64,000 nt of DNA from a virus, in the IMG/VR virus record IMGVR_UViG_3300035698_009252, positions 75,604 to 139,603 of that record. One strand, written 5' to 3'. Both the position numbers and the translations under genes were made by a program. Shown one piece after another: positions 56,505 to 64,000 of the stretch; within the stretch, counting starts at the first letter, position 1; each line of letters begins with the position of its first letter. The notes beneath the pieces are model-generated. The model was not told the DNA's origin, did not search any database, and was given only the letters and a program-made list of their open reading frames with translations.

Positions 56505-57120
56505 GGTTTTTCATTGCCTCCCGCGCTCTGCGCTTATATTTCTTCCGAAAAAGGTTTGCCCTTTTAACCCGGTGTTTGAAAGGATGAATTCCGACGCTTT
56601 CAAGCACGTTACCAAGATATTCCAGGCATGTCGAGGAAATAACTCTTTCAAACCATTTCGTCTCAAACCGGAAGAGAATAACGTACCAATTCTTCCATTT
56701 TCCTTCCCCGGTAACAATACCGTGCAGCCCTGACAAATATTGCATGTCCGACGGTGTGACGACCTCTCCGATGCGAACAATATCCCCATAAATAAGTTCC
56801 GTTGGGACGGGACAGTCCTCTTCTTCAACGGATTTTGAGAAACCATTTACCTCTTCGGTAGAAAGGAAAGCAGGCTCAGAGTAAGAGGGAATAACCCGTA
56901 GAACCGCCGCACTTTCTCTTAAGGAATCAACACGGGAATGGTAATCTAGACAGTTGACAAGGGTAAAATATTCACCCGATTGCTCCAGAACCTCATCACA
57001 AATAATACGAGCTTCGATGAGGTCGTCATCGAAAATCCTCTGCACCTCCAAAGCCACGGCCTCTTTATCGCCGTGATGGAAAGAGGTGCTAATCGCTAGG
57101 CACACCCATCGACTGTCCAC
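56437..57120 (-). CDS. NusG-like (NGN + KOW) protein
   Basis: N-terminal WVCL...YFTLV...VLRVI...LSTEEV; KOW-like YGDIVRI...LSGLHGIV. Confidence 0.5.
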   Translation of the reverse strand: MDSRWVCLAISTSFHHGDKEAVALEVQRIFDDDLIEARIICDEVLEQSGEYFTLVNCLDYHSRVDSLRESAAVLRVIPSYSEPAFLSTEEVNGFSKSVEEEDCPVPTELIYGDIVRIGEVVTPSDMQYLSGLHGIVTGEGKWKNWYVILFRFETKWFERVISSTCLEYLGNVLESVGIHPFKHRVKRANLFRKKYKRRAREAMKNLVSRDKIRRKQRRKHEESYRRR

Positions 57121-57121
57121 A

Positions 57122-57568
57122 TTACCACCACTTAAAAAAGGCCAAACCTGTTAATGAACTCCAAAAATTCCTCACCCCTCGCCACAACCGCCCCCTCCTG
57201 GTCCGTATCGTATACTCCTGAACAACCCATATCAAGACCGCCAGTTTCGGAAATTTCTCCCCACAACGCTCTGGCGACCGAATAATAGCATCAAATTCTT
57301 CACGAACAGATTCCGATGTGTTCCTGCATCTGAACACTTTGCACTGTTGTGCGGTCTCCCTCTCGTGGCACACGAACACCTTACCACCGAATGCTTCCCG
57401 GACAAGGGGATTTTGGCAAAACCCCACCTGGCCTTGCTTTTTTACCCGGAACCGAGTGTTAAACGCGCAATTTCGAGGAGTCTGGGTAAGATATTCTGTA
57501 CTCAACTCCCTGAGCCTGCGGGCCAACAACTCATCGAGCCTTCGGTGTATCTCATCATTATTTCTCAT
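57122..57568 (-). CDS. Cys-containing hypothetical protein
   Basis: ORF in operon. Confidence 0.55.
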   Translation of the reverse strand: MRNNDEIHRRLDELLARRLRELSTEYLTQTPRNCAFNTRFRVKKQGQVGFCQNPLVREAFGGKVFVCHERETAQQCKVFRCRNTSESVREEFDAIIRSPERCGEKFPKLAVLIWVVQEYTIRTRRGRLWRGVRNFWSSLTGLAFFKWW

Positions 57569-58190
57569 AATACTTCTCCATTGACAAGATATTTTGATGA
57601 AAATATCTGCGACCACCGAATAAACTCATAAGCCTCCTATGGTCAATCTCCTGTTCTTCGCACTCCTTTGCCTTGGGATTCCGCCCAAGTTTACGCCTAA
57701 GCCTCAAGTAATCCTTGAACAATTTCCTGGCGTCATAGCGCGAAGCGCAATATATGAGAGTCTCCCACCGACCGAACTCCTTCGTCACGTAATAAAAGGA
57801 CGGTACGACATCTGGCCGAATCTGGTGCGCCTCCCGGAAAGAACTCGCCGTCCACAGGTTGTTCTCGGCTACCAGCTTGATGATGTAATTTGCGTCGATA
57901 ATGACCGGGAACGGCTCTTTCCCAAATGCCTCAAGCAATGCTGCCGTCCACGTCTTAAACTCGCAAGTGAAATCCCATTGGAGGGGGTCACCCTTCCTGC
58001 GGCCATCCCTAAACTGGCGTCGTGACCGGAAATCGTTGCGTCGGAGGTAGTCCAGTAGTTCCTCCCTGGACAACTTCCGACGCTTTTCCCTCGGTTTACA
58101 CCTTCCTATTTTGCGACGGCCCACTCGAAGACGGAGCCTCTCCTCGCGAGAGAGATTCTCCAATTCTTCGAATGGCCGCAAGGGAGGCAT
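57558..58190 (-). CDS. Protein with homing-endonuclease-associated helical repeats
   Basis: Three repeats ending EFKTW / EFGRW / LFGG; LRRKLGRNP. Confidence 0.5.
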   Translation of the reverse strand: MPPLRPFEELENLSREERLRLRVGRRKIGRCKPREKRRKLSREELLDYLRRNDFRSRRQFRDGRRKGDPLQWDFTCEFKTWTAALLEAFGKEPFPVIIDANYIIKLVAENNLWTASSFREAHQIRPDVVPSFYYVTKEFGRWETLIYCASRYDARKLFKDYLRLRRKLGRNPKAKECEEQEIDHRRLMSLFGGRRYFHQNILSMEKYYEK

Positions 58191-58744
58191 TAGGCCGCAG
58201 CCTTACCACCAACATTCGCAATGTCTTCGGCTGACACGGGCGTCCTCTTGCCATCTACCGCCTCCGCCGGGATAGCCTCTACCGAAGGCACGTCATCGGA
58301 CACCTCCTGGGCCGTCCGTACCATCGGGTCCTTTGCTGCCGGGTTCTCGAACCAGTTGGGCACACCACCCGTCGCCGCGAACGTCCGCATGTGCATCTTG
58401 ATGTCCGGCTGCCGGATTTTCCCGTAGGTCTTCGATTGATCATCGAAGCCGCCCTCGGGGATGTGGTCCATCGCCGCGAACACGGCAATGTTCTTCTGCC
58501 GCGTATCCATGTCCTTCCACAACATCTCGAAGCACTCGAAGATGTAGGGCTTACCTGCCGCAATGTACCCCGGATATCCCAGGGCCTTGACCCGGATGGG
58601 CGTCTTGGACTTCTTTTTCTTGGTCAGGAAGAAGAAGATTCCCTCCGTATCGAATCCCTCAAACACGCCAGGGAAATGCTCCACGAATTTCTCCGTGACA
58701 TCCTTCACGTCCTGTGCCGTTGACCAATCGCTGAACTTCGCCAT
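58190..58744 (-). CDS. Phage metallopeptidase-like protein with degenerate zinc motif
   Basis: W..MD..QK.IAVFAAMDHI...PDI pattern with AAMDH where HExxH is expected. Confidence 0.45.
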   Translation of the reverse strand: MAKFSDWSTAQDVKDVTEKFVEHFPGVFEGFDTEGIFFFLTKKKKSKTPIRVKALGYPGYIAAGKPYIFECFEMLWKDMDTRQKNIAVFAAMDHIPEGGFDDQSKTYGKIRQPDIKMHMRTFAATGGVPNWFENPAAKDPMVRTAQEVSDDVPSVEAIPAEAVDGKRTPVSAEDIANVGGKAAA

Positions 58745-58748
58745 GACT

Positions 58749-59120
58749 CTATCCCTCCCCTTCCTCTGGTTTATCAAGCCCCAAAATGCGTCGTGCTTCG
58801 GGGTCCGTTGGTTCCGGGTTCGTCTCGATACCCGGCAATTCGATGTTGATGCCTTCAGCCTCCTTCAGAATGAGCTGGAGGTCAACGAGCATAGCCCGGA
58901 ACGGTGCCGCCGCGTCCAGGGTACAGACAACGCTCGCCTCCTCGGCAAAGCCATCAGTCGTCTGCTCCATCCACAAGGCCCTGATTCGGGTGCGCACCCG
59001 GTCGGCAATCTCGGGAATGGTTGCTGTTGTGGGCTGGTCTTCCACTTCGAGGATGTAATCATACTCCTCCCCAACGTGGGCATTGACTTTCCGCTCTGAT
59101 ACAATAAACAGTGTTTTCAT
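58749..59120 (-). CDS. Hypothetical protein
   Basis: AGGAGG RBS; acidic. Confidence 0.55.
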   Translation of the reverse strand: MKTLFIVSERKVNAHVGEEYDYILEVEDQPTTATIPEIADRVRTRIRALWMEQTTDGFAEEASVVCTLDAAAPFRAMLVDLQLILKEAEGINIELPGIETNPEPTDPEARRILGLDKPEEGEG

Positions 59121-59130
59121 TCTGCCTCCT

Positions 59131-60375
59131 TTATGCTGCTGATGCTTTTCCTTCATCAATCTTGATGTGTTTGCCCCACGGGTAAGGGTACTGGTCCTTC
59201 TCCAACTCCGTCGTCAACACCCACAAAGTCTGAATCCTGTATTGTGTCTCAATCACCGGAGCATAGAAATCCGTGAAATAAATGAGGGCATCGTACTTTC
59301 GCTCGCACTCTTTCAAGGGTGGCTCCAAATCCGTGCCACCACGACCGTGCACCTTGCCATCCCACTTGCCCTTGAACTTGAACGGCGAACGCTCGGAGAT
59401 TTGCGTGTCGCATTCGTACACCCACACCTCTGCGCCATTCTTCCACACCCAACGAATCTCATTCCAGAATAACTGAAGCTGCTCATCACTGATAGACCCG
59501 GACGTATCGATGGCCACGGCCAGCTTGAGCACGTCTCCCTTACGAGTCCCTGGACGGGTGCCATACCGCTTACTGATTTTCTTGACCGTGTAGTCCAGTA
59601 CCGATTCTTGCGCCGATGCCACAAACATACGAAGGACACGTCCCCAGGGGACGATAGACTTCTTGCGCCTGAGAAGCTCATCAATCTGAGCCAGAACCGC
59701 ACCGGGGATGTTGCCATACTGCTTATTGCACAGGTCCTTAGCCTTACGGACTATGTCTTTGGCGAATTCCTTCATCACCGGGTCATCCTTCACGTCATCC
59801 CATGCCTTGTGTCCGTCCAGGATATGCGACAGGACACCACGCGGCCCAAAGGAGCCATTCTGGCATTGCTTCTTGAACTTTTCGTTCTCGCGCAAGTGGG
59901 TGTAATACCACATGGCCGACTTGTCCAAGGGAAACTGGTAATGAGCCGGGTGAACATAGGAACCGGGAAGCACACTCTTGTCGTCCTGCGGGTTCAAAAT
60001 GGAGTTGACCACACAATCCACAGCCACGGAACCACGAGTCTTATCTTCAAATTGCACGAAAAGGTGGCCGAAGACCACGTGGATGATTTCATGCTCCTGC
60101 ACATTCAACATATATGTCCAGGCTTGGTCCCTGGAGTTGTCGGCGAAGATGGCCCCGAAGAAATCCGTATTCAGCCACATCTTGATGAACCGCTCTCCGG
60201 GGAACCGGCCAACGGCTGCCGTGGAGATTTGATGCTTGCCACTTACCCACACCTTCTGAAACTGCTGGACGATATGACCGTAGAACTCCTTGTGCCGGGC
60301 AAGATGGACTATGCCCTTGATGAGTTCCTTCTCAATCTTTTGCCGGTCATACGACGGCTGTAATGATTCCGCCAT
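59131..60375 (-). CDS. DUF2201-type metallopeptidase + vWA protein
   Basis: HEIIHVVFGH..AVDCVVNS; VAIDTSGSIS; GRGGTDL; IYFTD. Confidence 0.85.
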   Translation of the reverse strand: MAESLQPSYDRQKIEKELIKGIVHLARHKEFYGHIVQQFQKVWVSGKHQISTAAVGRFPGERFIKMWLNTDFFGAIFADNSRDQAWTYMLNVQEHEIIHVVFGHLFVQFEDKTRGSVAVDCVVNSILNPQDDKSVLPGSYVHPAHYQFPLDKSAMWYYTHLRENEKFKKQCQNGSFGPRGVLSHILDGHKAWDDVKDDPVMKEFAKDIVRKAKDLCNKQYGNIPGAVLAQIDELLRRKKSIVPWGRVLRMFVASAQESVLDYTVKKISKRYGTRPGTRKGDVLKLAVAIDTSGSISDEQLQLFWNEIRWVWKNGAEVWVYECDTQISERSPFKFKGKWDGKVHGRGGTDLEPPLKECERKYDALIYFTDFYAPVIETQYRIQTLWVLTTELEKDQYPYPWGKHIKIDEGKASAA

Positions 60376-60658
60376 TTTCCTGCTCCCTGAATTCTTTCAC
60401 ACGCTTATCCACGACACCCCTGATACGCTCATCCGGGTCACAAAGCAAGAGGATGGTTGCCCGGTCAATAGGAATCTTCTCCGCAAAGAGGAGTCTCTGG
60501 CCCACACCGAGGGCTGTCCCCTGCTCCTTGAACAGATTATACGCCGCCTCTAGGTCAAGGGCATGTAATTCTACAATTTCCTTGAAATCGGACGCCGCTT
60601 GGGCTTCCTCTTGGGTGAACTCATACCCCCGCACCATTTTCCAATCTATGCCTGCCAT
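60347..60658 (-). CDS. Hypothetical protein
   Basis: 103 aa directly after TGTATAAT. Confidence 0.5.
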   Translation of the reverse strand: MAGIDWKMVRGYEFTQEEAQAASDFKEIVELHALDLEAAYNLFKEQGTALGVGQRLLFAEKIPIDRATILLLCDPDERIRGVVDKRVKEFREQENGGIITAVV

Positions 60659-60702
60659 GTCCCATTATACACTGGGGCACAAGAGGAGAGAGGAGAAAAA
60701 GG

Positions 60703-61458
60703 CTACTTGGGGGTGGAATTCTTAGCGACGCGGCCTTTCCTCTGGTCTTTCTTCAGGAAGAGGTATTGAATCCGCTCCGCAGCCTGACAGACTTGCTTGG
60801 ACAGTTCCGCGATACGTTCGGGGTCTTCCACCGCAGTACTGGTAATATCGACCCCGACGATGGCAAAAGGCCCATGCTTGCTGGTCAAACCACACATTAC
60901 AATGGTTTTGATGTTCTGCTGTTGGAGGAAGAATTTGACGAAACCACCATCCATTACATCTACCTGGATAACGGTCATATTCTTATGAGTGCGCTCGCAT
61001 TCCGGGCGATATGGACACACATGGCAATTAGGGCCTGGGGATATCGCAGGCGGATTGTAATCTCCCGAGATAACCGGCTCAAGCAAATCCATCATCCTGG
61101 AGACGAGCAAATCCTGGATATTCTCGGACTCGTATGTGACACCTGGGCGGACCACCTCATGTGTGCATGTCAACTTCCAGATAGGGTCGCTCAGAAGGAA
61201 CTCTTGCCCGTTGTGGAACCGAATGACATAAGCCCTATCCGCATCTACAAGAGCGCGTAATTCGACCAGAGAAGTATAGATAGCCTTATGCTGTTCAATA
61301 TCTTTTTTGCCAGGGAATCTATGCCTTGAGGGTAACAGCAGACGACCCCACTCTACCACCCTTTGTCGAATCCCCCGAATCGACCCTACGGCCAATCCTG
61401 TCAGGAGCAATCCTGCGCCAGTCCCAACCAACATCCATGCTTCTTTCGAAATCAACAT
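60703..61458 (-). CDS. Membrane-anchored GAF-like protein (possible holin)
   Basis: N-terminal hydrophobic helix; DADRAYVIRFHNG...CTHEVV...IVGVD. Confidence 0.5.
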   Translation of the reverse strand: MLISKEAWMLVGTGAGLLLTGLAVGSIRGIRQRVVEWGRLLLPSRHRFPGKKDIEQHKAIYTSLVELRALVDADRAYVIRFHNGQEFLLSDPIWKLTCTHEVVRPGVTYESENIQDLLVSRMMDLLEPVISGDYNPPAISPGPNCHVCPYRPECERTHKNMTVIQVDVMDGGFVKFFLQQQNIKTIVMCGLTSKHGPFAIVGVDITSTAVEDPERIAELSKQVCQAAERIQYLFLKKDQRKGRVAKNSTPK

Positions 61459-61512
61459 AATACCCCTACTTCCCGTCCATTATATCCACACTGCCCAGTG
61501 TTCTTTTCAGAT

Positions 61513-62160
61513 TTAGGGCCAACGATACAGCACTATATTTGTGCGTTCTTGCACGTTCTTATGGTTGCCACGATTCAGACCAATCACACACCAGTACAAC
61601 TCTTCCCCGCGCTTCGGTTTCCAGTTGGGAGGAAACTTTGGATTTTTGATATGTCTCTGATTCACTGTATTCCTGCCGCGCTCAGTAGTGCTGGGGCGCA
61701 TGTATTCGTGGGTGGCACCCAACCATTTACCATTAACCTTGGCGATGACAACCGCATTCGCGACAAGCTCACCACCGGGAGGGGACACAGGGGGCCATGC
61801 TCTCAAGGCTGTTGTCGTATGGTAGATGAGGGATGCGTCCATGCGAAACGAGAGCGGGTGCGTTACGGGCCATGAGCCTACGTTGTCTGGCGTCAACCAT
61901 GTGATTGAGTCTGCGGGGAGTGCGTCAGCGTGTTCGGGTGGCTCCGGGGGCTCCGGTGTGGGTGGAACCGGGGGTGGAACCGGGGGTGGTTCGGGTTGGG
62001 GTGATGGGGGAGTGGGCGGGGGTTTGGGTGGGGGCACGGGGGTGGGTGGTCGTGGGTCTTGGCCCTCCACCTCGTCTGGCGGGTTCCAGATGTCATTCCA
62101 AGGAACGCTCTGACAGCCGCACAGTAAGGTTATCGCAAATAAGCAAGTTAGTACCTTCAT
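61513..62160 (-). CDS. Lipoprotein with Pro-rich linker
   Basis: MKVLTCLFAITLLCGC lipobox; C-terminal domain homologous to the first domain of 24768-27158. Confidence 0.7.
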   Translation of the reverse strand: MKVLTCLFAITLLCGCQSVPWNDIWNPPDEVEGQDPRPPTPVPPPKPPPTPPSPQPEPPPVPPPVPPTPEPPEPPEHADALPADSITWLTPDNVGSWPVTHPLSFRMDASLIYHTTTALRAWPPVSPPGGELVANAVVIAKVNGKWLGATHEYMRPSTTERGRNTVNQRHIKNPKFPPNWKPKRGEELYWCVIGLNRGNHKNVQERTNIVLYRWP

Positions 62161-62187
62161 TCTTCCCCCTGTAGTTTGGGATTGACG

Positions 62188-62634
62188 CTATATCCACACT
62201 GCCCAGTGTTCTTTCAGGTCATTCATGTGAAAATCTCTCTGCTGGAACGTCTGTGGCTCCACGACCCATAGCGTGGGCATGCCGTGATCGTTGAGAATGA
62301 CCACGTTCAGGATATGTGGAGAGGAGGAGCCCCGGAACCAAACCTTCCAGTACCCCACAGCCATCGTCTGGGCCTTAATCCTAGAGAACTCCTGGGCGAA
62401 CCACCTGCGAGCATGATGCATATAGGCCAGGCCCCAGTCGTCACAGTCGCTCTTGTCCTCATGGCGAATCAGCTTCTCTCGCCACATCGCCTTCATTATG
62501 TACTTCTCGGCCTTCTTCAAGGTACGCCAAGAGGGACAGTAGTAGTCCCTGTCCGAGCAGGCCGTGATTTTCAGCCCCTCGGAATGCAGGAAGCTCTTTA
62601 CCTCCGGGTGCTTGAGTATGAGCTGTTTACTCAT
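62188..62634 (-). CDS. Papain/transglutaminase-like protein
   Basis: DCDDW...HILNVV...VVEPQT (Cys-His-Glu pattern). Confidence 0.6.
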   Translation of the reverse strand: MSKQLILKHPEVKSFLHSEGLKITACSDRDYYCPSWRTLKKAEKYIMKAMWREKLIRHEDKSDCDDWGLAYMHHARRWFAQEFSRIKAQTMAVGYWKVWFRGSSSPHILNVVILNDHGMPTLWVVEPQTFQQRDFHMNDLKEHWAVWI

Positions 62635-63398
62635 ATCCCCTCTGTTAGCTCTTCCTTCTTGAACCTGATCTTGCTCGGGTCGATGCTGGCAACCGCATAG
62701 TCGACCAACTCGGGGTCGGCTTGAATCCACCTGGCAATCTCCGCAACCTTCTTCTTTGGTTCGGCCAGCACATCTCTGTACTTCACAACCATAAAGTCAA
62801 ACGGTTGAGCATACTTCGGGCCGCTGGATACATCCATTCCCGACACGACAGTTTGACTCTCCACTGGCAATCTGTTTTTGCCAATCGGGAGGAATCGCGC
62901 ATTGTTGGATAATTTGGCCCTGTTCTGTAGCATGACTTCCGTAGTGGCAAGGTGGGTGCGTAGGAAGGCTTCAGCATGCTCCCACGGCTCAAGGTCATCC
63001 GGCCCCGTGTACGAGGCTCTGGCCTTCTTGTAACTCGCTTCCTGTGACTGACGAACTTCAGCGGGGTCACGCCACATCATAATGACCTTGGCAGGACGAG
63101 CGAGAACCGCTTGCAGCCTCATACCACCAACGGGGATGATGACCTTACAGCCAGAGTACGGGGTCATGTAAATATCGTGCCAGTGTTCAAACTGGTTGTG
63201 CGTGACTTCGTAGAACTTCTCGTTCATCCGGTAGGTGTCGCCGTAGCGTTTCTGTTCAGACTTCTCCCGCTTCTTTACTTCGGCATCGTCCTCGGTGGTG
63301 TACTTCATGTCCACACCAAGCCGCTCAATGATTCCAGTCATCATGCTGGAACCGCTACGCGGCAGACTGAACACGAATACTCTAAAATCTGGCTTCAT
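62631..63398 (-). CDS. Sulfotransferase-family protein
   Basis: LPRSGSSMM (5'-PSB loop), WRDP...S (3'-PB), KYRDVLAEP. Confidence 0.75.
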   Translation of the reverse strand: MKPDFRVFVFSLPRSGSSMMTGIIERLGVDMKYTTEDDAEVKKREKSEQKRYGDTYRMNEKFYEVTHNQFEHWHDIYMTPYSGCKVIIPVGGMRLQAVLARPAKVIMMWRDPAEVRQSQEASYKKARASYTGPDDLEPWEHAEAFLRTHLATTEVMLQNRAKLSNNARFLPIGKNRLPVESQTVVSGMDVSSGPKYAQPFDFMVVKYRDVLAEPKKKVAEIARWIQADPELVDYAVASIDPSKIRFKKEELTEGI

Positions 63399-63414
63399 AC
63401 TTACTCCTTCTTCC

Positions 63415-63813
63415 TTATGTCCACCACGCATCCCACGACCTGAACGCAGCGGTCCCAATATGGAATGACGCAAAGAACTTACCCTTGCTGATATTTGCCA
63501 GTGAGCCGTTCTCTTCTTCCAACTGCTTCACCAGAACCTCACAGACCCCAGAGAAGTCTTGTCCGTCGTATACTCCCCACTTCACCCTATCGGCATAAAA
63601 ATCATTCCGGGACTTGACAAGGCTCTCGTTTATTTCCTGCTCAAGCTCACGAATATCCTCATCGGTAAACCCGGATGCCGTGAGGTACGTCACAACCTTG
63701 TCACGGGCCGTACCACTAAAATGCGGCAGCGCCCTGAACAGGTTTGCTGCACCAAGTGCTGTTGCGCTTGTGGCTGTGACGCCTAATGCTGTGAGGAACT
63801 TTCTCCTATTCAT
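63415..63813 (-). CDS. Protein with twin-arginine-like signal
   Basis: MNRRKFLTALGVTATSATALGAA. Confidence 0.55.
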   Translation of the reverse strand: MNRRKFLTALGVTATSATALGAANLFRALPHFSGTARDKVVTYLTASGFTDEDIRELEQEINESLVKSRNDFYADRVKWGVYDGQDFSGVCEVLVKQLEEENGSLANISKGKFFASFHIGTAAFRSWDAWWT

Positions 63814-63822
63814 AATTTCTCC

Positions 63823-64000
63823 TTAGCCGTGATGATAGGTGGTCTTGTCGGGGGGTGGGGGGACTGCTGGACTCACGTAATCAATTACGAGTTGTGCGTC
63901 TTTGCTTGTGCCCCAATCTCTTTGATAAATAGTGGCTATATAACTAAAGGCTGTAGCAACAGTACTTCTTATATAAAACACCATTTCATCAGAAGAGTAC
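63823..64000 (-). CDS. C-terminal end of a protein starting beyond the window
   Basis: Frame ending DAQLVIDYVSPAVPPPPDKTTYHHG-TAA. Confidence 0.5.
   Translation of the reverse strand, partial: YSSDEMVFYIRSTVATAFSYIATIYQRDWGTSKDAQLVIDYVSPAVPPPPDKTTYHHG

Noticed and set aside
63918-63928. CTCTTTGATA on the plus strand resembling the promoter box
   Set aside because: Inside a coding region, opposite orientation, and an imperfect match.

Overview
A 64-kb segment of a large tailed dsDNA phage genome (probably jumbo-class; host not determinable from this window). Essentially all real genes lie on the minus strand and many are translationally coupled. Recognisable modules are: (i) a head morphogenesis region at about 35-55 kb with HK97-type major capsid, decoration, acidic scaffold, prohead protease, portal and large terminase genes, interleaved with a CCA-adding enzyme and a topoisomerase IB; (ii) an RNA island at 15.5-20.4 kb with a Ro60/TROVE protein, an initiator-type tRNA-Met, a tmRNA (tag GNVLQFPGVQGARALAA), several unannotated structured or tRNA-like RNAs and an acyl-carrier-protein look-alike lacking the phosphopantetheine serine; (iii) a RecQ helicase whose intein contains an endonuclease gene in another reading frame. 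The most striking pattern is a roughly 15-residue amphipathic helix (consensus M-x2-4-[IV]A[RK]EL[VI]AVA[RK]EL[TV]A) found on about 27 mostly consecutive, otherwise largely unrelated proteins at 2.4-15.1 kb, with weaker variants on about 10 further proteins including enzymes and head-cluster proteins. I interpret it (inference) as a capsid-loading tag for a large library of virion cargo proteins. Most of these genes lie downstream of a bipartite motif TTCTTTGATA-N7-YATAGG that occurs 8 times and is probably the phage late promoter. All family assignments are from motif recognition by eye, not database searches.
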